Assembly: GCA_017461385.1 (NCBI GenBank)
Contig: JAFTXZ010000012.1
Coordinates: forward strand, 10,022-74,021
Direction: 5' to 3'
Length of the DNA: 64,000 nt
Origin: Clostridia bacterium
Lineage (GTDB): Bacteria > Bacillota > Clostridia > Oscillospirales > CAG-272
The notes under the pieces are model-generated. The model saw nothing but the letters and a program-made list of their open reading frames with translations, did not search any database and had not been told where the DNA came from. Shown here piece by piece: positions 1 to 9,826 of the stretch. Each line of letters opens with the position of its first letter. The stretch's first letter is position 1. The translations under genes and the position numbers were made by a program.

Positions 1-386
1 ACAAATACGATACCTATATTGAGCAGGGTGGCACAAACGTATCAGGTGGTCAAAAGCAACGTCTTTGCATTGCAAGGGCTCTTTTGAAAAAGCCTAAGAT
101 CCTTATTCTTGACGACTCCACAAGTGCTGTTGATACAAGAACCGATGCGCTTATCAGAAAAGCATTTATGGAAGAAATTCCTAATACCACAAAGTTAATT
201 ATTGCTCAAAGAATTTCAAGCATTCAGGACGCTGACGTTATCATTATACTTGATGATGGTAAAATTAATGCAATTGGAAATCACGAGTCCTTGCTTGAGA
301 GCAATGATATTTATAAGGAAATTTACACCTCTCAAACTAAAGGCTCAACTAGCCCTGTCGGCGATACAAAAGGAGGTGCGAACTAA
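1..386 (+). CDS. ABC transporter ATP-binding/permease subunit, C-terminal fragment (5' end outside window)
   Basis: Frame 3 is open from the window edge. Translation reads ...VSGGQKQRLCIARALLKKPKILILDDSTSAVD (ABC signature + Walker B) and IIAQR (H-loop). TAA at 384-386 overlaps the ATG of the next ABC gene (TAATG). Confidence 0.9.
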   Translation, partial: KYDTYIEQGGTNVSGGQKQRLCIARALLKKPKILILDDSTSAVDTRTDALIRKAFMEEIPNTTKLIIAQRISSIQDADVIIILDDGKINAIGNHESLLESNDIYKEIYTSQTKGSTSPVGDTKGGAN

Positions 387-2356
387 TGAATAAGCCTGTT
401 AAAAACCCACGTGGACCTGTTATGGCGCGTCCACATAAAAAAGTTAAAAAGGGTACCTTTACGAGGTTTATGAAGCTTCTCTTCTCCTTCTACAAGGGTC
501 CTCTAATTTTAGTTTTAGTATGTATTATTTTAAGTGCTGTTGCAACAGCTTGTCCATCCATTTTCCAAAGAGAGGTAATTGATACCGTTTCCGAGGCAAT
601 TAAGGGATTGATTAATGAAAACAAGACAGCGCAAGAGATGATGGATGCTTATTTTCCACACATTTCAACAACCGTTTTAATACTTGCTTCTATTTACTTG
701 GTAGGCTTGCTTAGTGCCTTTATTCAAACAAGGACTATGGCTACTATAACTCAAGGCTCTCTTCACAAGTTTAGAACCCTGATGTTTGGAAAAATGCAAA
801 AGCTTCCTATTAAATATTTTGACACTAATGCACGTGGTGAGATTATGTCTCGTTACACCAACGATATCGATGCATTAAGACAGCTAATTTCCCAGTCTAT
901 TCCTCAGGTTATTACTACTGTAATAATTCTTTTAACTGTTACAACAATGATGCTTATTATGAGCTTTTGGATGGCGCTTGTTGTTATTGTTGGTGTTATT
1001 GCTATGACCGTAACCTCTAGAATAATTGGTGGTAGTGGCGCTAAGCACTTTAGACGTCAGCAGGAGTCTCTTGGTGATGCTGAGGGCTACATCGAGGAAA
1101 TGATAAACGGTCAAAAGGTTGTTAAGGTATTTAATTTTGAGCCAAAGAGCAAAAAGCGCTTTGATGAGCTTAACTCTACCCTTTGCAAGCATGCTACTAT
1201 GGCTAATACGAGAGCTAACACTCTTATGCCAATTATGAATAATATTGGTCATATTCTTTATGCTGTTTTAGTTTTCGTTGGCACACTTTTGATAGGTCAA
1301 AACAACCTTTCACTTGAAACTATTTTTACTGGTCCTGCTCTATTTACAATCGGTACTGCTGTCGCATTCCTTGGTCTTTCTAAGCAGTTCACAAACAACG
1401 TTTCTCAGCTTTCGCAACAGGCAAACGCAATTATAATGGGTCTTGCAGGCGCTGAGCGTGTGTTTGAGCTTCTTGACGAGGAGCCAGAGGTTGACAATGG
1501 TTACGTTACATTGGTATATGCAACAGAGGATGAAAACGGTAATATTATTGAATCTGAAAATCACACTGGCATGTGGGCTTGGAAGCATCCACACGGAGAT
1601 GGCACTGTTACCTACACTAAGTTAACCGGCGACGTAAGACTCAACGAGGTTGACTTTGGTTATGTTGAGAACAAAATTGTGCTCCACGACATCTCAATTT
1701 ATGCAGAGCCTGGACAAAAAATTGCATTCGTTGGTGCAACCGGTGCTGGTAAAACAACTATTACCAATCTAATTAATCGTTTCTACGATATAGCAGATGG
1801 TAAGATTAGATACGACGGAATTAATATTAACAAAATAAAGAAGGACGATCTTCGTCGTTCACTTGGTATTGTTCTTCAGGACGTAAACCTCTTTACCGGA
1901 ACGGTTATGGATAATATTAGGTATGGTAAGCTTGATGCTACTGATGAGGAATGCATTGAGGCAGCAAAGCTTGCGAATGCTCACGGCTTTATAAAAATGC
2001 TACCTGATGGCTACAACACTATGCTTACAGGAAGTGGAAGCGGTCTTTCACAGGGACAAAGGCAACTTATTTCAATTGCTCGTGCAGCTGTTGCTGACCC
2101 ACCCGTTATGATTCTTGATGAGGCAACATCTTCAATTGATACAAGAACTGAATCTATTGTTTCAGCAGGTATGGACTCACTTATGAAGGGACGTACAGTA
2201 TTTGTAATTGCTCATAGACTTTCTACGATTAAAAACTCAAATGTAATTATGGTGCTCGATAAGGGCAGAATCATTGAGCGTGGCTCCCACGACGACCTTA
2301 TTGCACAGAAGGGCAAATATTATCAGCTTTATACCGGCGCCTTTGAACTTGATTAA
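386..2356 (+). CDS. ABC transporter ATP-binding/permease subunit (type-1 exporter, probable heterodimer partner of upstream gene)
   Basis: 656-aa ORF with a hydrophobic multi-TM N-terminal half, Walker A GATGAGKTT, signature LSQGQRQL, Walker B VMILDEATS and H-loop IAHRL. AGGAGG lies just upstream of the ATG. Confidence 0.92.
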   Translation: MNKPVKNPRGPVMARPHKKVKKGTFTRFMKLLFSFYKGPLILVLVCIILSAVATACPSIFQREVIDTVSEAIKGLINENKTAQEMMDAYFPHISTTVLILASIYLVGLLSAFIQTRTMATITQGSLHKFRTLMFGKMQKLPIKYFDTNARGEIMSRYTNDIDALRQLISQSIPQVITTVIILLTVTTMMLIMSFWMALVVIVGVIAMTVTSRIIGGSGAKHFRRQQESLGDAEGYIEEMINGQKVVKVFNFEPKSKKRFDELNSTLCKHATMANTRANTLMPIMNNIGHILYAVLVFVGTLLIGQNNLSLETIFTGPALFTIGTAVAFLGLSKQFTNNVSQLSQQANAIIMGLAGAERVFELLDEEPEVDNGYVTLVYATEDENGNIIESENHTGMWAWKHPHGDGTVTYTKLTGDVRLNEVDFGYVENKIVLHDISIYAEPGQKIAFVGATGAGKTTITNLINRFYDIADGKIRYDGININKIKKDDLRRSLGIVLQDVNLFTGTVMDNIRYGKLDATDEECIEAAKLANAHGFIKMLPDGYNTMLTGSGSGLSQGQRQLISIARAAVADPPVMILDEATSSIDTRTESIVSAGMDSLMKGRTVFVIAHRLSTIKNSNVIMVLDKGRIIERGSHDDLIAQKGKYYQLYTGAFELD

Positions 2357-2384
2357 AAAAAACGAGCCTTTGCTCGTTTTTTTA
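2354..2384. terminator. Bidirectional intrinsic terminator between convergent genes
   Basis: A-run, hairpin ACGAGC-cttt-GCTCGT, T-run. It sits between the ABC gene stop (2356) and the stop of the minus-strand ORF (2382). Confidence 0.75.
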
Positions 2385-2855
2385 TTTATTTTCCTCGTAG
2401 ATGGCAAGCTCCATGTCCTCTCCTATTCTTTCAAGAACATCCTTTTCTAAGCTTCTTGCATCATCAAAATAATCAAAAAGCTCCTTATCGAAGATCGCTA
2501 CTACCATTTTTCCTGAGTAAATACCCAAGGTTGCTATCGGAAGCTCTATATGATATGTGTACAGTAAATTATCTAAATCCATATTGCATACGTTTTTTGA
2601 ATAGACTAAAATAAACTTATCTAAGCTACTATTTATCTTTTGCAGTAGATCTCTTGTAGTATTGGTTGATTCTCGCAACAAGCATAAAACGGATATTTGA
2701 TTATTCTCGTAGTATAATTTTAGCTCACGAGAGATTAGGTTGTCCTTATTTTCTGTAAAAACTATAAATTCATCATAACCATATGATACAAAATACTCAA
2801 TTACATCTTTTGTATCCTTTTGTGTGTCCTCTTTTAATTTTAATACAATTTTCAT
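2382..2855 (-). CDS. Hypothetical protein (157 aa), AT-rich gene
   Basis: Uninterrupted ORF with protein-like composition. No motif I can name. Confidence 0.5.
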   Translation of the reverse strand: MKIVLKLKEDTQKDTKDVIEYFVSYGYDEFIVFTENKDNLISRELKLYYENNQISVLCLLRESTNTTRDLLQKINSSLDKFILVYSKNVCNMDLDNLLYTYHIELPIATLGIYSGKMVVAIFDKELFDYFDDARSLEKDVLERIGEDMELAIYEENK

Positions 2856-3015
2856 TTCACTTCTCCCTTCTTATGTAGTATTTGCCAAAAAATTGAAAAA
2901 TATTCCTACTTTTTATATTATTATTTATTCATTTGCACAAGTGTTCATATATAAATAAAAAAATTAAAAACACCTTAGTTTTTAGGTTATATCCTAAAAT
3001 TAAGGTGTTTTTTTA

Positions 3016-4890
3016 TTATTTTCTCTTAATTATAGCAATTACAACGCAAGCAGATGCGACAACAACGGCAACAATAGCTACTATTGACACTATAATCAAG
3101 GCAGGATTTATATTTGGCTGTGCAGATGGTGGTTCGTTAGGTGACGGAGGGTCATTCAGTACCCTTTGTCTTACGGTAACTTGACAATCCCATTCCTCAG
3201 CAAGCCAATTTGCACGTTTTTCAATATGATTGCACAAATAACCAATAACAGTTTGATTTGTGTTATTAACTCCATCTGAATAAGCTTCTACAAAATTGAA
3301 CACAGGAGCACTTTGCCATCTATCATAGTGTGTGCCATCAAAATATGTTGGCCAACAGCTATAGTCGTAGCTTTTCCATCTCATTCTTTCCATGTTCACT
3401 GAAGCGCCAATTTGGTCTAGCTGTTTATCAATGAATCCACCTGCATCAAGCATATCAAAAATATCATCGTACAGCTTTGCAAAGGTGCTAGTAACCTTTT
3501 GATTAAATTCCTGCTTTGCGCACAGACCTGACCATATACTTCTGTTTCTAGCCCAATAACCCTCAGAACTTGATGCACCATTCTTATGGATGTTTCCAAG
3601 GGTATTATCACAGTCCCAAAGCGGTCCCTTTACTATTTTTGAAAGCTCTCCATTTTGGTCCCAATCCTTGTAAAAATACATACTAGACGAGCCTGCATCA
3701 TAATTACGTGAAAGCTCAGCAATTATGTAGGCGTAAACAAAGCTATCAACATCTATATATTCGCTATAATGCTTTCCAAGTCTGTTTTTGCCAGTTTGGG
3801 ACATAATTGCCTCTTCCATTTCTGCAAACAAGGTTGCTATGTACTCAACCTGCTCCTTAGACGCTTTTTCGGGAGATTTAATTACGTAGTGGCTATTATT
3901 CTCAGTTACAAAATAGCAAAGCTCGTTTTTATAGTAGTTATTATCAAGCTCAATAAGGTATCCGCCTGTAATATCCGACGGATTTGTAATTCCATTTACA
4001 TATCTATATTCAGTCAAAATTGTATTATTTATAAGATCTCCCGACGTAACGGCTATTACCTCATCGGAAAAGCTTGGATTTAATAGCTCGGTTTCCTCTT
4101 CTAAATCCCTTATATTTACTCTGCCATTGTCAATTTCAACCTTTTCACAGAGCAAATACACTCCATAGTATTCACCATCAAGGTATAGATCAACGCTCTT
4201 GAAATCACACATATCCATTCCAAGAATATTTGCAATTTGATACATTATGCTGTTACGAATAAGTGATTGGTCAAGGTAGTTTGCAAGCAAAATCCATTGT
4301 CTGTCATTTGACATTTCAAAAAGAGGTGCCTTATGTCCTAGCTTTATAGCAAAGGGCTTTTTGGCATAGCTGTTTGTGGTGTTACCTCTTACCTTGATTT
4401 CACTTAGCTCGTCAGCCCCATCAGTATATTCAACCGTACCATCCTTATTAAGAATAATAATTTGTGTGCTTTCATCCTTATCGTTGTCTCGAACAATGGC
4501 TTGTCCACCCTTGCTTGTGGATACATGAACGCTTGGCAAGCTTGATGCAAAATAAAATCTTAGTTTTTTCTCATAGCTTCCAAAAAACACAGATAAAGCA
4601 TAGCACTTGGCACCTGCTTCATCAGTTGATTGGTATTCTGTTAAATCAAAGGGGGTTTCCTTATCAAGTGGAACTTTTTCCCCATTTTGATCAATCATTA
4701 CAGAGCCAGAATAATTAAAACTCACAGCTTGAGGAGTTACGCAGGATGGCAAATAAAATACGCCGTCTAGCTCCTCAATTTCAATATTATTTCCTACATC
4801 TATGCTTATAGGACTGGCACTGCAAAGCATTGCCAGGGAAATAATTGACACAAGCAAAAAAAGCGTAATATATAATCCTTTTTTCATCAT
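3016..4890 (-). CDS. cotH: CotH family protein (spore-coat-protein-H-like kinase fold), secreted/membrane-anchored form
   Basis: 624-aa ORF whose central region has CotH-like stretches (YLDGEYYGVYLLCEKVEIDNGRVNI...). N-terminal signal-like segment LYITLFLLVSIISLAMLCSA, Pro-rich linker NDPPSPNEPPSAQPN, then C-terminal TM ALIIVSIVAIVAVVVASACVVIAII. The start overlaps the upstream CDF stop (ATGA), and a GAGGAGGA RBS lies inside the CDF 3' end. Confidence 0.75.
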   Translation of the reverse strand: MMKKGLYITLFLLVSIISLAMLCSASPISIDVGNNIEIEELDGVFYLPSCVTPQAVSFNYSGSVMIDQNGEKVPLDKETPFDLTEYQSTDEAGAKCYALSVFFGSYEKKLRFYFASSLPSVHVSTSKGGQAIVRDNDKDESTQIIILNKDGTVEYTDGADELSEIKVRGNTTNSYAKKPFAIKLGHKAPLFEMSNDRQWILLANYLDQSLIRNSIMYQIANILGMDMCDFKSVDLYLDGEYYGVYLLCEKVEIDNGRVNIRDLEEETELLNPSFSDEVIAVTSGDLINNTILTEYRYVNGITNPSDITGGYLIELDNNYYKNELCYFVTENNSHYVIKSPEKASKEQVEYIATLFAEMEEAIMSQTGKNRLGKHYSEYIDVDSFVYAYIIAELSRNYDAGSSSMYFYKDWDQNGELSKIVKGPLWDCDNTLGNIHKNGASSSEGYWARNRSIWSGLCAKQEFNQKVTSTFAKLYDDIFDMLDAGGFIDKQLDQIGASVNMERMRWKSYDYSCWPTYFDGTHYDRWQSAPVFNFVEAYSDGVNNTNQTVIGYLCNHIEKRANWLAEEWDCQVTVRQRVLNDPPSPNEPPSAQPNINPALIIVSIVAIVAVVVASACVVIAIIKRK

Positions 4891-6083
4891 TCCTCCTCTT
4901 CGCCAAAGCGTACAGAAAAATAATCCCTATCAATCGTTAAAACTAAATTATAGAGAGGATTTATTCCTTGAATTTGCCTTGTAAGCTCATCGCAAATAAA
5001 TTTATCAGTAAGCTTACATTCATTAGCAACGCTTACGTCAAATAAAACGTTTGTATGTGTAATTCCCTTTACAATTCTAAAGTCATGCATAGAAATTGGT
5101 GTAGAATACTCACCACTCAGGGCAGAAATAATATCCTGCACCTTGTGTCTTAGCTCATTAGTTTCCTCGTCTGTTATAGAAACTGGATCCATGTGAATTA
5201 CTAAATTTATGCCGTCCTTAAGAAAATCTGCTTCAATATTATCCATAAGGTCGTGAGAGTGCATAATTTCTCCGTCCGCATCAATTTCCACATGAACAGT
5301 TACGAAGCATCTATTCTCACCATAAGAATGGATTACAAGGTCGTGTATACCTAAAACCCCTTCATAATCCTTAATTCTGCTAACAATAGAATTAATAAAT
5401 TTGTCATCTGGAGCTTCGCCTATCAGCTTGTTTGCCGTTTCAATAACAAGCTTAATGCCCATTATAATAATGTAAATGGCAATCAAAATACCGACAATTG
5501 AATCTGTATAAACAAAGCCAGTGTATTTTGTAACAAGCATTCCAGCGACAACTGCGCTGGTGGCAAAAACGTCACCAATGCTATCAAGAGCACTAGCCTT
5601 TAACGTATCGGAATTTATATGCTTTCCGAGTCTTGTGAAAAATATGGCTACTATCAGCTTTACCAAAATGGTACAAGCCATGATTATTATTGGTACAAGG
5701 GTATACTCCTGCGCCTGTTGAGGAGTTATTATATTTTCCACCGAAGAAATAAGTGTTTCAAGTCCAAAAAAGCTAATGAAAATAGCTATAATCATGGAGC
5801 TGATATACTCCATTCTTGCATGACCATACGGATGGTCCTTATCGGCAGGCTTTCCAGACATTGTGTATCCTACAACGGTAATTACGTTGGTACCTGTGTC
5901 TGATAAATTGTTAAGTGAATCTGCAATTATAGAGATGCTCTTAAACAAAATTCCAAAAATAATTTTAACTGCGAATAGTAAAATATTTGCAATAATGCCC
6001 ACTATACCTGCAAAGCGCCCGATATGCACTCGCACCTCGGGCCTTTGTGGTTGATCATAATTCTTAATAATTTTATTCAACAT
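4887..6083 (-). CDS. Cation diffusion facilitator (CDF) family metal efflux transporter
   Basis: 398-aa ORF with about 6 TM segments, the DHPYGHARMEY motif, a C-terminal cytoplasmic domain and an acidic tail. AGGAG RBS lies in the 12-nt gap after the upstream gene. Confidence 0.85.
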   Translation of the reverse strand: MLNKIIKNYDQPQRPEVRVHIGRFAGIVGIIANILLFAVKIIFGILFKSISIIADSLNNLSDTGTNVITVVGYTMSGKPADKDHPYGHARMEYISSMIIAIFISFFGLETLISSVENIITPQQAQEYTLVPIIIMACTILVKLIVAIFFTRLGKHINSDTLKASALDSIGDVFATSAVVAGMLVTKYTGFVYTDSIVGILIAIYIIIMGIKLVIETANKLIGEAPDDKFINSIVSRIKDYEGVLGIHDLVIHSYGENRCFVTVHVEIDADGEIMHSHDLMDNIEADFLKDGINLVIHMDPVSITDEETNELRHKVQDIISALSGEYSTPISMHDFRIVKGITHTNVLFDVSVANECKLTDKFICDELTRQIQGINPLYNLVLTIDRDYFSVRFGEEEE

Positions 6084-6095
6084 ATTACTCCTAGC

Positions 6096-6728
6096 TTATT
6101 TTGGATTTTCATCCTTTATAGCTATAAGCTCCTTAGCATAAGGCAATGACATAATCCAATCACACAAGGTGTGCCACTCATCGAGCTTATGGTGCTTTCT
6201 TGCATAGTATATGTTAATAAGTGTCTCGTAGTTCAAGGTACAAGTTCTCATTTGATTATAGCTAGATGGTAATAGCTGAATCATATCGTACCAAAGCCTC
6301 TTGTCCCCGGTTTCTACAAACTCAACTCTTACATCCTCAAGATATTCGATTACCTCGTCAAGAATATCAAGAGCTGGATCGCTCATCTTTTCACAGCTAA
6401 AGTCCATTCTCTCAAAGGGCTTTGCGTGAATTTTATGCATAGTTGAGGTTGAATTAGCAACAGTAGCCACCTTATAGGTGTCGTACTCCTTCCACCAGTA
6501 TAATGGTGCTGTAATATCAACAGAAACAAATACCTGACGAAGATATTTTCTGTGGTCTGAGCCTGCCTTAGCTAGCTTTTTAGCAAGGCTTAGGTCGTTA
6601 GGACCGAGAACAAAATTACCATTTTCATCGTAATAGCTATCCATTTTAGCCCATGAATTCATAGGATTTCTAGCACCACGAATAGCATTTTCCAAATTCA
6701 TTACTGAGTATCTTTCAATTTTAATCAT
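6096..6728 (-). CDS. Hypothetical protein with ThyX-like (flavin-dependent thymidylate synthase fold) motif layout but non-canonical catalytic motif
   Basis: Start moved to ATG at 6728 (MIKIERY), which has GGAGG 5 nt upstream. The segment ...HRKYLRQVFVSVDITAPLYWWKEYDTYKVATVANSTSTMH follows the spacing of the ThyX core (H..F.F.I.API....Q..RHR..S....S.RY), but RHR is replaced by DTY and S.R by STM. Confidence 0.5.
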   Translation of the reverse strand: MIKIERYSVMNLENAIRGARNPMNSWAKMDSYYDENGNFVLGPNDLSLAKKLAKAGSDHRKYLRQVFVSVDITAPLYWWKEYDTYKVATVANSTSTMHKIHAKPFERMDFSCEKMSDPALDILDEVIEYLEDVRVEFVETGDKRLWYDMIQLLPSSYNQMRTCTLNYETLINIYYARKHHKLDEWHTLCDWIMSLPYAKELIAIKDENPK

Positions 6729-6878
6729 AATAGCCTCCAAAATGAGTTAATGAGTATGTTATCATATATAATTTTATATGTTATTATGGCTTTTGTCAAG
6801 ATTTATTTTTTGTGTATAAATAAGGCTAGATGGGCAAATAATACTCTTGCAATAAAATTTTGAAAGGACAAAATAAAA

Positions 6879-7532
6879 ATGGAAGAAAACGAAAACAAGA
6901 AAAACGCTAGGACCTTTTATTTAACCCTAGCGGTAATTATGGCAGTAGTTGTGTTGCTTATCATTTCAACTACAATTGCAAGAAGAAACTTACCTGGTAC
7001 AGACAACGGAATTGATACAAGCTCAGGATTACAAAATGACACTCAAACAGGAACGAATGATAATCTTTCAGACACTCTACCAGAATTTTTGCTACCTATC
7101 AGTGAAGAAATCGGTGTAGATTTCAGTGATAGCATTCCAGTATTCTCACAGACAATGAACGACTATAGAACTCATACTGGCGTGGATATTATGGCTAGTC
7201 TAGGCACAGAGGTTGTAGCAGTGGCTGATGGTGTTGTTACACGAGTATGGGATGACCCATTTATGGGCACTTGTGTTTCTATTGAGCATTCAGGTAATGC
7301 TGTAAGCGTTTACAAAAATCTTGACCCAGAGGTTAAGGACGGCATTATTATCGGCGCTAGCGTAAAGGGTGGCGACGTAATTGGTGCAGTTGGCGAAAGC
7401 GCAATGAACGAGCTTGCAGAGGAGCCTCACCTACACTACGAGCTCACAATTAACGACAAGCCAGTTGACCCTAAGGAGCATCACAAGTTTCCAAACAATA
7501 GTGAGGAAAACAAGGAAAACTCTGAACAATAA
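6879..7532 (+). CDS. M23 family metallopeptidase (LytM-type), membrane anchored
   Basis: N-terminal TM (FYLTLAVIMAVVVLLIISTTIA). M23 zinc motifs HTGVDI and HLHYE. Confidence 0.85.
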   Translation: MEENENKKNARTFYLTLAVIMAVVVLLIISTTIARRNLPGTDNGIDTSSGLQNDTQTGTNDNLSDTLPEFLLPISEEIGVDFSDSIPVFSQTMNDYRTHTGVDIMASLGTEVVAVADGVVTRVWDDPFMGTCVSIEHSGNAVSVYKNLDPEVKDGIIIGASVKGGDVIGAVGESAMNELAEEPHLHYELTINDKPVDPKEHHKFPNNSEENKENSEQ

Positions 7533-7539
7533 GCACAAA

Positions 7540-7566
7540 AAAGCCGACACTGTGTCGGCTTTTTGA
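7540..7566 (+). terminator. Intrinsic terminator of M23 peptidase gene
   Basis: Hairpin AGCCGACAC-tgt-GTCGGCT followed by TTTT. Confidence 0.8.
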
Positions 7567-7567
7567 T

Positions 7568-7598
7568 AAAAAGGGCTAAGCAACTTGCTTAGCCCTTT
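7568..7598 (-). terminator. Intrinsic terminator of the minus-strand sugar isomerase/oxidoreductase pair
   Basis: Hairpin GGGCTAAGCAA-c-TTGCTTAGCCC, with a T-run on the minus strand. Confidence 0.8.
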
Positions 7599-7602
7599 AA
7601 TT

Positions 7603-8571
7603 TTATGCCCAACGCATGCCTGTTGGCTTCTCTTCCTTAATCATAACCTTATCAAGGAATTCAACAGCCTTCTTTAAGCCCTCATCAATTGTCATTAAGC
7701 TATCCTCATGCTCAATTGAAAGAACCTTATCATAACCGCATAGACGAAGATTGGAAACAAAAGCTCTCCAAAACTCCTCGTTGTTACCGTAGCCAACTGT
7801 ACGGAAAATCCAAGAACGATGGATTTCATCACCATAGTGCTTAGTATCAAGAACTCCGTTAACGGAGGTGTTAGCCTTATCTACCTTTGTATCCTTTGCG
7901 TGAACATGGTAAATTGCACCCTCAAGAGCTCTTATAGCCATTACTGGATCAATTCCTTGCCAAATCAAGTGAGATGGGTCAAGGTTTGCACCTATAACGT
8001 CACCTACTGCATTTCTTAGCTTAAGTAGAGTTTCTGGGTTATATACACAGAAGCCAGGGTGCATTTCAAGAGCAATCTTTGTAACGCCGTGTGCCTTTGC
8101 GAATGCAGTTGCTTCCTTCCAATAAGGAATCATAACATCGTTCCATTGATAGTTGAGTGTCTCAAGGAAATCATCTGGCCATGGACATGTTACCCAGCTT
8201 GGAAGCTTCGCATCGGGGTCAGAGCCTGGGCAACCAGAGAAGGTAATGATTGTATCAATACCGAGCTTTTCAGCCAAAAGGATAGTATTTCTCATATCCT
8301 TATCAAATTGCTCTGCAATAGCCTTATTTGGGTGAATTGGGTTACCATGTGTAGCAAGAGCGCAAATTTCTACGTCGTACTTCTTAAAAGTAGCCTTGAA
8401 CTCCTCAAGAGCCTTCTCATCCTTCAAAAGCTTTTCAGGATCGCAGTGATCCTTGCCTGGATATCCACCTGCTCCAATTTCAACAGAATGAACGCCTAAG
8501 GATGAAATAATTTTTAGTGCCTCATCGAGAGATTTGCTTCCGTATAGGTTAGCTAAAACTGAAAGTTTCAT
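7603..8571 (-). CDS. Sugar phosphate isomerase/epimerase (xylose isomerase-like TIM barrel)
   Basis: 322-aa ORF with the family layout (...SVEIGAGGYPG..., ALEMHPG..., HVHAKD..., SIEHED). Confidence 0.75.
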   Translation of the reverse strand: MKLSVLANLYGSKSLDEALKIISSLGVHSVEIGAGGYPGKDHCDPEKLLKDEKALEEFKATFKKYDVEICALATHGNPIHPNKAIAEQFDKDMRNTILLAEKLGIDTIITFSGCPGSDPDAKLPSWVTCPWPDDFLETLNYQWNDVMIPYWKEATAFAKAHGVTKIALEMHPGFCVYNPETLLKLRNAVGDVIGANLDPSHLIWQGIDPVMAIRALEGAIYHVHAKDTKVDKANTSVNGVLDTKHYGDEIHRSWIFRTVGYGNNEEFWRAFVSNLRLCGYDKVLSIEHEDSLMTIDEGLKKAVEFLDKVMIKEEKPTGMRWA

Positions 8572-8639
8572 AATTTTCTCCTAAAATTCTTAGTAATATG
8601 GAGATAGGAAACACAGACGTGTTCCCTACCTGAATTTGA

Positions 8640-9728
8640 TCAGTTAAAGTAGTGTGGCTTGCCTGTCTTAGCAGACTCGTAAATACCCTCAAGAATTTGT
8701 GTTACGCAATAAGCCTGCTCTGGAAGAACTGTTGGCTTTGTACCATTGATAACAGCCTCAATCCACTGCTTAGCCTCTTGTGCGCCTGGGTCGTAGCTAC
8801 CTGCATCATAGAATGCAACGCCCTTGCCATCAAGATTAGGTCTTGTTTCATACATATTGTTGTGCTTAACGCCATTGATTTCAAGAACGCCCTGATCAAT
8901 CATCCTAGCGCCTGCCTTTGTACCACAAATAGTTGTACAACCCTCCTTGGTTTCTGTCATATTGATTGCCCAAGAGGACTCAAGAACAATTGTAGCACCA
9001 TTTTCCATTACGATAAAGCCAAAAGCACTATCCTCAACGGTGAACTCCTCAGGCTTCCACTGTCCAAATACGTTAGCAGACTCCTTTTGGTCATTAAGCT
9101 TATGATATGTAGTACCAACACAATATTTTGGCTTATAGTTATCCATTGTCCAAAGGGTTAAGTCAAGTGCGTGTGTTCCAATGTCGATAAGTGGACCGCC
9201 ACCCTGCTCATATTCGTTAATAAATACGCCCCATGTAGGAACCGCGCGACGGCGAAGAGCTGTTGCCTTAGCGTAGTAAATGTCGCCAAACACTCCGTCC
9301 TCTGCTTCCTTCTTTAGATAAATAGCATCTTTTCTTTGTCTATTTTGATAGCCAATTGTAAGCATTTTGCCTGTACGATTAGCCGCATCAACCATTTTCT
9401 TAGCTTCCTCAGCATTGATAGCCATTGGCTTCTCACACATAACGTGCTTACCTGCCTCAAGAGCATCAACTGTAATGAAGCTATGGCTTCTGTTTGGTGT
9501 ACAAACGTGAACTACGTCGATTGTTTTATCCTTTAAGAGCTCCTTATAGTCCTTATAAACCTTTGCGCCCTCACAACCATACTTTTTAGCTGCTTCCTCT
9601 GCTCTTTCAACAATGATATCACAAAAGGCAACCATTTCAACCTGGCTAACCTTTTTTAGTGAAGGCATGTGCTTTCCGTTTGCAATTCCTCCACAACCAA
9701 TGATACCAACTCTTACCTTCTTTTCCAT
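8640..9728 (-). CDS. Gfo/Idh/MocA family NAD(P)-dependent oxidoreductase
   Basis: N-terminal Rossmann motif VGIIGCGGIANGKH and the EKP motif (CEKPMA). Confidence 0.85.
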   Translation of the reverse strand: MEKKVRVGIIGCGGIANGKHMPSLKKVSQVEMVAFCDIIVERAEEAAKKYGCEGAKVYKDYKELLKDKTIDVVHVCTPNRSHSFITVDALEAGKHVMCEKPMAINAEEAKKMVDAANRTGKMLTIGYQNRQRKDAIYLKKEAEDGVFGDIYYAKATALRRRAVPTWGVFINEYEQGGGPLIDIGTHALDLTLWTMDNYKPKYCVGTTYHKLNDQKESANVFGQWKPEEFTVEDSAFGFIVMENGATIVLESSWAINMTETKEGCTTICGTKAGARMIDQGVLEINGVKHNNMYETRPNLDGKGVAFYDAGSYDPGAQEAKQWIEAVINGTKPTVLPEQAYCVTQILEGIYESAKTGKPHYFN

Positions 9729-9826
9729 TATTCATTCCTCCGAACAAATTATTAGTGTTGTGTACTACTCGTACAAGGAAATTTTACCATATAACACAAG
9801 TATTTTCAAGCATTTTGAAAAAATAA

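Noticed and set aside
6084-6095. NiCo/czcD-type riboswitch upstream of the CDF transporter
   Set aside because: Only 12 nt separate the CDF start from the preceding gene, so there is no room for a leader.
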